A stretch of DNA of 64,000 bases, from contig JBITNC010000001.1 in the NCBI GenBank assembly GCA_050084985.1, positions 167,462,001-167,526,000 of the forward strand. Reading direction: 5' to 3'. Under the pieces are notes generated by a model. The model worked only from the letters and a program-made list of their open reading frames with translations. It did no database searches and was not told the DNA's origin. Below, in pieces: positions 27,543-40,000 of the stretch. Position 1 is the stretch's first letter, and every line of letters begins with the position of its first letter. The stretch comes from Nageia nagi (taxonomy: Eukaryota > Plantae > Pinophyta). The position numbers and the translations under genes were made by a program.

Positions 27543-28242
27543 CTGAAACGAACCAAAACGTATACAAGACTTCAGAAATCGTGACAAATCTGTCATTTTC
27601 TATGAAAAGAAAAAGAAGGCTAGATATTTCCAAAGATGTAGTTAGGGATCAAAGAGTCCAGATCAAATGATGATAGTGCGTGCAAACAAAACCTAGGTTG
27701 AGAGCTGTTCTTAATGTATTTTTTCCCGTATTTCCTCCATTTGTAGCCGTCATCCAAATTCTCTGTCTCCGATCTTGTTATGAAAATATGTACCGGTCTT
27801 TCCTCTGGTACTCTCTTCCTCTTTTTCTGCTTGCTATGGGAGAGAATGTGCATAACAATCACTTCAATGGAAATAAAAAACAGAAGAACCAGCCCATGAA
27901 ATAATGTTTTGGAGCCTGCTCCAACTTTGGTAAAAAAAAAGTACCATAAAATCCGATCTAGGAAGTTTCAAATATGCAGTAAAGAAATGAATAAAGACAA
28001 AAACAGATTACAGAAATTGCCATTTATACTTACATGATCTCTGTATTGCCAGAAGTGTTGCTCCACGTTTGATTAGATTGTTGCTGCTCCGACCGAACAT
28101 GCAAATGTTGTCCCTCTGATCTTCCCTCCTTTATGGCTTCATTCTTGTCTGCTATGAGAACATTATTATTGTCCATCTGGTTAGTCAGAAGGCTATCAAA
28201 ACAGTTATGGTGGGAGTAAGGGCTAAATTCCAATAGACCCAT
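27326..28242 (-). CDS. Group IIc WRKY transcription factor, WRKYGKK variant (WRKY50/51-like), 188 aa; exons 28242-28034, 27833-27693, 27542-27326
   Basis: GT-AG introns of 200 and 150 bp, both phase 2, join into one open frame. LDDGYKWRKYGKK...PR|SYYRC has the conserved R-type intron. Zinc finger C-X4-C-X23-H-X-H (CSEGEC...HNH). Basic KKRKR stretch before the domain. Confidence 0.93.
27693..27833 (-). CDS. WRKY exon 2 (WRKYGKK)
   Basis: Acceptor CCCATAG|C, donor AG|GTTTTG; 141 nt. Confidence 0.9.
28034..28242 (-). CDS. WRKY exon 1
   Basis: ATG at 28242 with an in-frame TAG just upstream; donor AT|GTAAGT. The upstream context TTTTCTTAG could alternatively be an acceptor. Confidence 0.75.
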
Positions 28243-28352
28243 CTAAGAAAAGGAGACGTTGAATCTATGAAACAAGCCTAATAACAACAATTCCTAGGCA
28301 ATCTTTGTTTTGACACAAAACTCAATGTTGTCACAAGAGTTGGAGAAGGGTG

Positions 28353-28437
28353 TATAAATAACAAAATCCGAAGCCGCCACCGTTTCCTCATTCGCTTCTG
28401 GATGTTTCAATGTGAAAGATTGAGATTGTTCACGCGG
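28353..28437 (-). promoter_or_regulatory. Putative WRKY core promoter: TATA-like TATTTATA (28353-60) and CGCG box CCGCGT (28432-37)
   Basis: The TATA-like motif is ~110 bp upstream of the ATG. The vCGCGb motif is the known CAMTA site and is retained in copy B (55594-99) despite the window-wide CpG loss. Confidence 0.45.
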
Positions 28438-29319
28438 TATTCAAATTTTAAGAGGACAACGCCTTTGCCTTCTTGGGTACAACGTTTTAGACTCTATACC
28501 GCACCAAAAGTAATACTTCAAATATTTTATTCAATTTCTCCTTTTTCCGTCAACTAAATATAATCAAATATTTGCTCACGGTATTTGTTCAAAACTAGTC
28601 TTAATCTTGGTCGGTAAAAGCTTGACAATGGTGGTCCGTAAAGCACTCTTAATAGAATCTTCAATAATTACAATGTGAGACAGCTTAGAAAACCTTAAAC
28701 TTCATTTGATGGTGCTTGGATTTCATGTTCATGTGGATGCGAAGGTCATGTCTTTCATGTTAATGTCCACACTTCGTATGCTTCAAGGCAGTTTTTTTAT
28801 ATATGTTTATTCATATTGTTTTAATAATTTAAAAAAATAAAAATTAGCAATTGCAACTTTGTGTAATGGGTATGTTTAATGTAAATTTGTTGAAGGTGAA
28901 TCGAGGTGGGTGCTATCTTGTTTTATATTGGTGATAGATATTTTAGTTTTATTTAAAAAGTGAATGGAAAAATTAATAATTTGAAGTTGAAAATATTTAC
29001 TTAGTAAGTCTTCATAATTTGTTAAGAAAGTGAATGATTAATAATTTGTTCATGTAAATATATAACATTTGCTATATTTAGTTTTATTGTTTTAAAATTT
29101 ATGTATTTGAATTTGAATAGAAACATTATTATTGGTATATTTATTAGATTATAAAATTTTGCAATTATTTAATTTTGTTTATCATATAATTGATCTAAAA
29201 AAATGGATCAATAAAGCAATAACAAAACTTTCATAACCTTGTCATGGTCAAAAAAATGATTGTCATAATTAAAAAATCTTTACTATGAGTAGGAAGAAAA
29301 CACCTACTTTGATAGGATA

Positions 29320-32300
29320 AATTGCATGTTAATCTCATCATCTTCGTGACACAACATCTAGTATTGAAGACACTTATTGGACAACAACAAATTGCATGTT
29401 GATATGATCTTCATGGTGCAGCATCCAGTATTGCAAACCCTTGTTGGAGCATGACAAACTACATGTTGACATCATTATCTTCACGATATGACATGCAATA
29501 TTGAAGACCCTTGCTAGAGTATGATAAATTATAAGCTAACATCATCATCTTCATGGTAAACTCCATGTTGATGTCATTATTTTTACAATGTAGTGTGTAG
29601 TATTGAAGGCCCTTGATGGAGCATGAAAAATTGTATGTTGATGTAATAGTCTTCACCGTAAACTGCATGTTAATGTCATCATCTTCATGGAACGACATGT
29701 AATATTAAAGACATTTACTAGAGCATGACAAAATCATGTTGATATCATTGTCTTCATAGTATGGCATGTAATATTGAAGACCCTTACTAGAGCATGACAA
29801 ACTAATGCTAACATCATCATCTTTGTGATATAGTGCATATTATTAAAGACCCTTGTCAGAGTGTGATAAACTACATGTTGATGTATTCATCTTCATGGTA
29901 AACTCCATACTGATATCATAGTCTTCACTGTGCGGTATCCAATATTGATACCCTTGTTAGAGCATTGTAAAATCATGCCCACATCACCATCTTTAAGATA
30001 TAGTGTGCATTATTGAAGACCCTTATTGGAGCATGATAAACTACATGTTGACATCATCATCTTCATGATAAACTCCATGTTGATGTCATCATCTTAGTGG
30101 CATGATATGTAATATTGAAGACCCTTCCCGAAGCATAATAAACTACATACTGATATCATCATCTTTGTGGTATGGCATGTAGTATTGATGATCCTTTCTA
30201 GAGCATGAAAAATTATATGATGATACCACCATCTTCATAGTACAACATTCAATATTGAAGACCCTTGATGAAGTATGAAAAACTCATGTTGAGATCATCA
30301 TCTTCATGATCAACTAATGCTGAAGTGATCATATTCAAGGCATAGTGTTCAATATTGAAAATCCTTCCCAGAGTATGGAAAACTACATGATAATATCATC
30401 ATCTTCATGGAAAATTGCATGTTAATATCATCATCTTCATGACATAGCATGCAATATTGAAGACCCTTGTTGAAGCATGACAAACTCATGTTTATGTCAT
30501 TCTCTTTATGGTAAATTACATGCTAATTTCATGATCTTCACTATGTAATGTCCAGTATTGAATACCTTTATTTGAGTATGGCAATCTCATGTTGATGGCA
30601 TTACCTTCATGGTATGAAATGTAGTAGTGAAGACCCTTACTAGAGTACAATAAATTGCATGCTAACATCATCTTCTTTATAGTGTGATATCAAAGATTGA
30701 ATATCCTTATTATGGCATAGCAAACTGCATGCTAATATTATTATCTTTCTAACATGATGTGCAGTATTGAAGATCCTTACCGAAGCAAATGCATGATGAC
30801 ATCATCATCTTCACAAAAAACTACTTGTTGATGTTATCATCTTTACGATGTAGATTCCATTATTGAAGACCATTTTTAGAGTGCAACAAACTCATGCTCA
30901 TATTTTATCTTCATGGTGTAGTATGTAGTATTGAAGATATTTATCAAAGCATGGTAAACTACATGCTAATATCATTGTCTTCATGAAAAAATTCATGTTC
31001 ATATCATCATCTTTGTTGTATAACATCTACTTTTGAATATCCTTCCTAAAGCATGAAACAAACTACATGTTGATGTCATTATTATCATGATGCGATGTGC
31101 AGTATTAAATACCTTTACCAAAATGTAGTAAAATAAATATTGATATCATCATCTTTGTGGTGTAGTGTATAGTATTGAAAGCCATTATCAAAGCATGACA
31201 AACTCATCCTAATATCATCATTTTCATAATAAATTCCATGATGGCATCATCATCTTCATGATGTGATGTCCAATAATGAATACCCTTATCGAAGTACAAT
31301 AAACTCATGTTGATATCATTTTATTCATAGCATACCATGTAGTATTGAAGAATCTTACTAGAACATGGTAAAATGCATGTTGATATTATCATCTTCATGG
31401 TAAAATCCATTTTGACATCATTGCCTTCACTATGTGGTGTATAGTATTGAAGATCCTTCCTAGAGTATGGAAAACTACATGTTGATGTCATCACCTCCAA
31501 AACAAAATATTTAGTATTTAAGAGCCTTGTCAAAAAGTGATAAATTGCATGCTAACATCATCTTCATGGTGCAATATGTAGTAATGAATACCCTTATCCA
31601 AGAAAGATAAAATACATGTTGATGTCATTATCTTCATAGTACAATGTGCAATATTGAAGAACCTTACTATAGTATGACAAACTCATGTTGACATCTTTAT
31701 CTTTGCAACATGGCATGCAGTATTGAAGATCCTTACTAGAGTATGGAAAACTACATGGTAACATCATCATCTTCGATGTAGGGTATGCAATATTGAAGAC
31801 ACTTACTAGAGCATGGTAAACTCATGATGATATCATTATCTTCATGTAAAATCCATGTTTATATCATCATATTTACAATGGGGCTTCTAGTATTAAAAAT
31901 CCTTACTAGATTATGATAAAATACATGTTAACATCATCATCTTCATTAAAAAATCCATGTTGATGTCATCATCTTTGCAACATGATGTCTAGTATTGAAT
32001 ATCTTTCTCAAAATATAGAAAATTAAATATAGAAAATTATATGTTAACATCATCATCTTCATATCATGGTGTACAATATTGAAGACCATTGTTGGAGCAT
32101 GATAAAGTCGTACTGATATCATCATCTTCATAGCAAATTGTATGTTGATTTCATCATCTTCATGATGTGGTATTCAATATTGAAGAGCCTTATCCGAACA
32201 TGGTAAACTCATGTTGATTTCATCATCTTTATCATGCAATGAGCAATATTGAATACCCTTTTCTTAATATAAAAAATTATATGCTAATATCATCATTTTC

Positions 32301-35300
32301 ATAATAAAATCCATTTTGATATCATCATCTTCATGACATATCATCTAAAATTGAGGATACTTCCTAAAGTGTAGCAAACTACAAGCTTCATCTTCATAGC
32401 ATGATGTACAGTATTGAAGACCCTTGTTAGAACATCACAAATAACATATTGATGTCATCATTTTTACAACATAGTGTATAGTATTTAATACCATTACCAG
32501 AATGTGATAAACTACATGCTAACATCATTATCTTCATGGTGTGGCATACAATAATTAATATCCTTAATAGAGAATGAAAAATTGCATATTGATGATATCA
32601 TATTTATAGTGTAATGTACAATATTAAAGATACTTTTCAAAGTACAACAAACTTATGTTGATGTCATCATCTTTTTGGGGTGGCATATAGTATTGAAGAC
32701 CTTTTCTAGAGAATAATAACCTCCATGTTAATGTCATCATCTTCACAATACAATGTCAAGTATTGAAGATCCTTACCTAAGTATGGTAAAATCTATTCTA
32801 ATGAAAAACTTATAGGGATCTTCTAAATTTGATGTTGAATTTAATTATGTGATTTAAATTACTAATGTAACTTATTTACATTGTTTCAATCTCAATTTAT
32901 TTCAAATATGAGATTTAAATTACTAATATTCAGCATAACAAACTACTTGTTGATATCATCATCTTTGTAGCATGATATGTAGTATTGAATATCCTTATTA
33001 GAGCATGGAAAACTACATTCTAACATCATTGTATTCATAATATGGCATACAATATTGAAGACCCTTACCATAGTGTGATAAACTATATGTTCACATCATC
33101 ATCCTCACAGTACAGCATGTAGTATTGAAGACCCTTTTTGGACTACAGTAAACTACATGTTTACATCATCCATTTTGTAGTACAACATACAATATTGAAA
33201 ATACTTACTAGAGCAAAGTAAACTCCATGTTGACATTATCATTTTTATGACATGGCATACAATATTGAATACCCTTACTAGAACATGACAAATTGCATGC
33301 TAACATCACTTCACAGTGTGACGTATAATATTGAAGATCCTTGTTCAAATATGGTAACTCATGTTGATATCATCATCTTTTATCATTTTTTGTATGATTT
33401 TCAAATTTACTTTATGAACATTTATGAACTTCTAATTAATCATGGATAAATATTTTTCCTATAAAGAATATGTTTATCTTTGTTGGTCAAGGAAGAATCA
33501 AGTTGGATTATCGTATGCAATGAAAGATAGTAAGATGTGGGGATGGATATCCTTGCTTCATAGAAGTTACTTTTCTAGATTCCATTTATCAGAACCTATT
33601 GTAACACATCAAAGAGAGCATGATTTTATACCTTAACTAGATTTAGCTATGATCATCAAATATAATATGATATATGCCTATAATTAGTCCTCAATATTGA
33701 ACACTTTGCATTTATGATGGGCTCAACTACAACCCTATGCTTTCTTTCAAGTCATATAAATTAGTGGTTAATCATATATTTTTTTGAAACAAAACTATAT
33801 ATAGAGGTATCTTTGTTTCGTTAATGATTGAAGATCCTTATAGAAAATTACATGATGATATCATCATCTTTATGACATGATGTACAGTATTGAAGACCCA
33901 AAATAGAGCATGATAAACTCAAGTTACATCATCATCTTCATGGTAAATTACATGTTGATGTCATCATCTTTATGATGCAACTTCTAGTATTATGGAGCAT
34001 GAAAAACTCATTTTGATATCGTTATCTTCATAGTACAACATGAAATATTGAATACACTTTTCAAAGTGTGGTAAACTAAATGTTAATATCATTATCTTCA
34101 TGATAAATGCCATGTTGATATCATCATCTTCATATAACAACATCTAGTATTAAGGATCCTTCCTAGGGCATGGAAAATAACATGTTGATGTAATCATCTG
34201 TGATATGGTATGCAGTACTGAATATTCTTTCCTAATTATAGAAAATTATATGTTGGTATCATCATATTCATTGCATGGTGTATAGTATTGAATACCATTT
34301 CTAAAGCATGATAAAATCATACTAACAACATCATCTTCATAGTAAACTACATGGTGACATCATCATCTGCATGATGTGATATCTAGTATTGAAGATCCTT
34401 ACTGAAGTGTAAAATGTTCATGTTGATTTTATCATATTCATAGCATGGCATGCAATAATAAATAACCTTACCAGAGTGTGGTAAATTGCATGTTGACTTC
34501 ATCATCTTCATAGCAAAATTCTTGCTAGAATCATCATCTTCATGGTGCAACATCCATTATTAAAGATCCCTCTTAAAGTATAAAAAACTACATATTGACA
34601 TCATCATATTTATGATATGGTATGCAGTATTAAAGATCCTTATTGAAGCATGATAATATGCTTGTTGATATCATTATATTCATAATATGATTTTTAATAT
34701 TGAAAACTCTTATCAAAGCATAGTAAACTACATGTTGATGGAATCACCTTCATGATATGGTATACAATATTGAATACCCTTTTTAAAGCATGATAAAATG
34801 CATGTTGACATCATCATCTTCATGATCCAACATACAATATTGAAGACCATTATCAAAGTGTGGAAAAATCATATTAACATCATCATCTTCATAGCATGGT
34901 ATGCAATATTGAAGACCCTTACTAGAGTATGATAAACTACATGTTAACATAATTATCTTTGCATTAATATATGCAATGTTGTAGATCCTTATTATATAAT
35001 GGTAAAATCCATGTTGATATCATTATTTTTGCAATATGGTGTGCAATATTGAAGATCCTTACCATAACATAACAAACTCATACTAACATCATCATCTTTT
35101 TGGCAAACTACATGTTAACATCATTATCTTCGTAACATGAATTTTAGTATTGAATATCCTTGTGAGAGAATGAAAAAATTCATGTTAATATCATCATCTT
35201 CATGATAAATTCCATGCTAACCAACTACATACTAATGATATCATCTTTGTAGTGTAGCATACAATATTGAAGATACTTATCAAAGTGCAACAAACTCATG

Positions 35301-36085
35301 TTGATGTCATAATATTTATAGGGTTGCACATAGTATTGAATACCTTTTCCATAGAACAATAAACTCCATGTTGATGTCATTATCTTCTCAATGTAATATC
35401 CAATTTTAAAGATCCTTACTTGAGTATGGAAAAATGTATATTGACAAAAAACCTTATAGGTATCTTCTTAATCTAATGTTGAGTTCAATTATGTGATTTA
35501 AATTACTGATGTAACTTATTAACATTATTTTAATCTCAATTGTATTCAAATATGATATTTAAATTATTGATATTCAACATAACAAATTACTTATTTATAT
35601 CATCATCTTTGTAGTGTGACATGTAGTATTGAATACCCTTATCGAAGCATTGTAAATTACATGCTAAGATTATCATATTTACAACATGGTGTATAGTATT
35701 TAAGACCCTCACTAGAGTGTGATAAACTATATATTCATATCATCATCATTACAACATGGTATGTAGTATTGAAGATCCTTTTTGGAATGCAAGAAATTGC
35801 ATGTTGATGTCATTCACTTTGCAATGCAACTTAAAATATCAAATACACTTACTAGAGCACAACAAACTACATGTTCACATCATCTTCATTACATGGAATG
35901 TATTATTGAATATCCTTACTAGAGCATGATAAATTACATGCTAACATCATCATCTTCATGATGCGATGTATAGTATTGAAGATCCTTTCTTGAGTTTGGT
36001 AACTCATGTTGATATCATCATCTTTGCAGTTTGGTGTTTAGTATTGAAGACCCTTATTGAAGCATGACAAAATGTATGTTGATGG
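29320..36085 (+). repeat. Composite satellite array of ~70-bp and 32-bp monomers (roughly 90-100 units)
   Basis: Consensus CATGTTGATATCATCATCTTCATGGTATGGCATGTAGTATTGAAGACCCTTACTAGAGCATGATAAACTA. Period 70 at 31684/31754; period 32 at 30044/30076. Interrupted by AT-rich blocks (32795-32930, 35440-35580) and a unique insert (~33381-33825). Confidence 0.95.
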
Positions 36086-36619
36086 AAAAATTAATGGAAT
36101 ATTATCAATTTGATGTTGAGTTCAAATATGAGAATTAAATTACTAATGTATCTTATTGATATTATTTGAATCTTAGTTGAGTTCAAATATGAGATTTAAA
36201 TTATTGAGGTTGACTTGATGCTGATAATTTTCAAAAGTAATTTGATTGGATGGGGATCCCTTAAACTACAAATCACCATCTCCTAATTTTATTACTTCAA
36301 CATTGTGCTTTAGTAGATTATGTAAAATGATTATTATGTTACAAGATTTGAAGCAACTTGCTAAGGAACTTAGTAAGGAGAATATATTTATTGTTACAAA
36401 GATAGGAGTCCATATAAGTGCAAGCCTTAGTGTTTTTCATCTTATAGTTGCACTTCATTGAATTCATATAAAATTTCAAAAGGTTGTTTACAAAAATAAA
36501 TATTTTTATAAAAATAAACTTTTTTTTACAAAAGTTTAGTAATATTATATAATAGCTTTACAACATAAAATGAATGAAGTTATACATGCAATATATAATA
36601 AAATAGTGAAGTGATAAGA

Positions 36620-37070
36620 CATAAAATTTGGCTTCTCTATATGGGAAAATTTATTTATAAAGTCTTTTGGTTGATCTACATAACCAAATTTGTAACCCTT
36701 CATTAACATTCATCTAATATGTGTCATCATGAGAGATTAGAAGAAGGCATGGAAAATCATCAAAGAGTAGTTCAAGTTTTTCAATCATATTAGGGCTTTA
36801 AGTCTAATAGATTGTTTTGTTGCTAACTTTAGATTGTTATTAATTCTACAAGCACCAACAAAACTAGAATGAACTACATCATCAAGATTTACTGGTAGTC
36901 TATTTGTAATGTATTTTGCTTGATCTAAACACCTTTGTAACTATTTGCATCTATGTAGTTTTTGGATACCTCTATCTTTCATCATTTTTTGTATGGTTTT
37001 CAAATTTACTCCACAAACATTCATGCAATTTCATATCTTGATAAATTTGACTTGGTCAGAGTGATATTCT
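36620..37070 (-). pseudogene. PPR E-domain fragments
   Basis: Minus strand: KMMKDRGIQKLHRC (cf. KMMKDRGIKK.PGCSW) and CLDQAKYITNRLPVNLDDVVHSSFVGACRINNNL (cf. LDEA..FI.KMP.KPD.VVW.SLLGACR.H.N). Confidence 0.55.
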
Positions 37071-37085
37071 CCTTGACCATTTGGA

Positions 37086-40000
37086 ATGATTTTTTATTAT
37101 GGAATATTAGAGGGCTAATAGACCCAGTTGGAGGATACTTGGTTCAAGATGAGATTGCTTTTTGTTCTAACTTAAATGGTATTTTGAATTTTATTTGTTT
37201 GCAAAAAGTTAAAATTGTTGACTTTTCAGTGTGCATATTATCTTATTTGGCAAATTTGCCAATTATTTGCTACTAATCATGACCATGGAAGAGGAGAAGC
37301 TTCTATCCTTCTTGCTTCCTAATAGAAAGAGAATTTTTTGGAGTGGGTAACTGACCCATCCAATCATGTAATGTGGATTTTTCTTGAAGTAGATGGAATG
37401 TCCTTTGGTATTGTTAATGTTTATACTCCCAATAATGCATCAAAATGTTATTCTCTTTAGCATTGGTGTGCCTTTTCCTTACCATGGATAGTTAGGTTGA
37501 TGTGCAATGATTTCAATATGATGGAAAAGGTTGGTGATAAATTTAGTATGATTCCTAATAGATAGGTGATTGGGGAAAGAGAAGCTTGTTACTTCATGAA
37601 AAATAAGTTGGGATTGTTATACCCTAATTCTTATTTCTCTTACTTCAACTTTCTTAAGCATTTGTGGTTCACATGGTCCAATTCTGAAGTGGACTATGGT
37701 TAATTCTCAAAAGTCTTGACAAAGATTTACTTTCAGATCATAGATAATTTTTTTCAAAGAAAAACTCCTTCAACCCTTATGGTGGAAACCATCTTAAAAC
37801 CATAACTTTTGATCATACCCCCATTATGTTTAATATTTTAAGTTCTTCCATGCCTCAATAACCTATCGAGTCCTAGTTTTACCTAAACACTTCCTTCCTT
37901 CATCACCCCTCTATGTTGAATCATATTTCTCAAGTTTGGAATCTTATTCTTAGGCCTTAAGGGGAGTTTCATTGGATTGAGTGCTAGAATAATGTAATAA
38001 CTTGCACCATTATTTTTCTTAGGAATCTTGATAAGAAGGTGAAAAAATACAAAAGGTATTCTTTGCTAACCCTTTGTAATGAGACTTCCTAGCTACTATT
38101 CTATTGGAATCCAATCCCTCTAACCCTATTCTACAATATCAAGATGTCCAAATTCACCAAGAGATCAAAATTACAAATATGTATGAATTGAAAGGAGCAC
38201 AAATTAAGGCAAGATTGCATTAGTTAAATGTTGGTGATAAAGTATCTATGGAATTCTTCTAGAGACTCAAGCCTCCCAAAAATTCCATCCAATTTAAGGT
38301 CATTTAGGAAAATGGAGTTAGACTCTCTTCTCTTTCTAATATTTCACAAGTCTTTGTGAAACATTGTACTCAACATTTTGTTGCTCAAGAGTATACTGAG
38401 TAAAGAATGCAAGCCCTTCACCTATGTTTAGATGTTGTTTCTATTAAATTCCTCCCACTCTCAAAGATAGGAATACAAAAAGTTGTTAACCCTTAATGAA
38501 TTGGCTAATGCTCTTTCCCATATGGTTAATGAGAAGAATCCAATACTAGATAGGTTCCCTTTTGAGTTTTATAAATTCTATCAAGACTTTATTGGTTTTG
38601 ATTTGTATAGAGTGTATGAAGCCTTCAAATATGAAACTCTTGGGGTAATTGTAAAAAAGGTAATATAAAATTTATTCCCAAGCAAGGGGATTTAGAGATT
38701 ATTACTGATTAGAGACCAATTACATTGTTGAATGTTAGTTACAAGATTATTTCAAAGGATTTGGATTTACATTTATGATTCTTATTACCTATTATTGTTC
38801 ATCTAGAGAAAACTATGTTTATTCTAGGGAAAATACATTCTAAATAATGTGCTTGTAGTTTAGGAAGAAATGTAATGGGTATGAACATCAAATCAATAGG
38901 CTTTATTCATTAAGATTGATTTTGAGAAGGCATATGATAGAATTGAATGGTTAGTTATCATTTCCATACTGAAAGCCCTTGGATTTTTCCCTCACTTCAT
39001 TCATACTATTAAGATTTTATTTCAAGATGGTTCTATAGTTTTATCTTTGAACAACTCTTGAATAGAAGGAACTAGGTTATTCAATTTTTTTAGAAAGGAG
39101 TTCTTGGTTGTTTCTCTTTTTTTGCTAGCTGTAGAAACTTTTCGGGTACTTGCTTGCTAAAAAATCTTCAAAGGGTGTGCTTCATAGAATCAAGTTGCCT
39201 CATAACCAAGGTCAATTAGTAAATGTTCATTTTGTAGATGATTCTTTTCTTGTTATTCAGGAGGAAGAGAAGTCTATAATTGAGACCATTCAATGTTTAA
39301 AGTTATATTATCAAGCTTCAGGTTCTAGCATTCAATGACATAAAACTTCATGCTATAGGAAGTATCTCTTTCAAAAGCCTCCCTGGCTAGATTAGTATTA
39401 GTGGCATTAGATATTTCATAGGGAGATCCTCAAATTTATTGGTATTTCATTTTGTTTTCAAGGATCACTCTTATCTTTATGGAGTTATGTAGTTCAAAAA
39501 ATGTAGAAGAAACTTGAATTTTGGACTAAAAAGTTACCTATTCTAGCTGGTAAGTTTTAAATTTGTTCTAAAGTTCTTACCCCCAATAATTTTTACTACT
39601 CTTCATGTTGGGAGCCTTCCCAAGACTACTATAAATAGTTATAGAATTTGTTGTAGGATTTTTTGTGGAATTCTTCTCATACTACAAAGGTTTTCATAGA
39701 GTGGCTTGGGAATTTCGCATCTTATTAAAGAAAGCTAGAGGTATGGGATTCATTAATTGCAAGAGATATGGTATTGCTCTTTTTTTTAAATGGATCATTC
39801 AAGTTATAAAAAGAGTAGAGGATTGGAAAATACTAATTAGACACTTTGTGTTTATTGGTTTTCCTCTTAATAGATAAACTTATAAGGGGATCAACCTCTA
39901 TTTTATTATTGTAGCCTCAATATTTATCAAGATTTATGGTTCATTTCTTATTAAAAGTATCTAGTTGGAATAGCAACAACTCACACCTTCACTTAGGTGG

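Larger units (their letters stand above)
10035..28790. repeat. Tandem segmental duplication, copy A
   Basis: Colinear with 41015-55923 at many anchors: 10035/41015, 11927/43952, 13581/46726, 22806/49251, 27326/49511, 28242/55456, 28780/55915. Confidence 0.9.

Noticed and set aside
27243-27904. Overlapping ORFs 27243-27431, 27383-27670 and 27680-27904, and the equivalent at 49428-49616
   Set aside because: Alternative-frame or antisense shadows of the WRKY exons.
29459-32131. Short ORFs with a 34-aa repeat (EDDDINM...KGLQY)
   Set aside because: A by-product of 70+32=102-bp dimers; the 70-bp unit alone shifts frame and stops are frequent.
29320-36085. CRISPR-like or RT-associated repeat-spacer array next to the L1 reverse transcriptase
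   Set aside because: The variable parts are homologous to each other and explained by CpG decay, not unique spacers. There are no cas genes, the context is eukaryotic, and the neighbouring RT is an ordinary dead L1.
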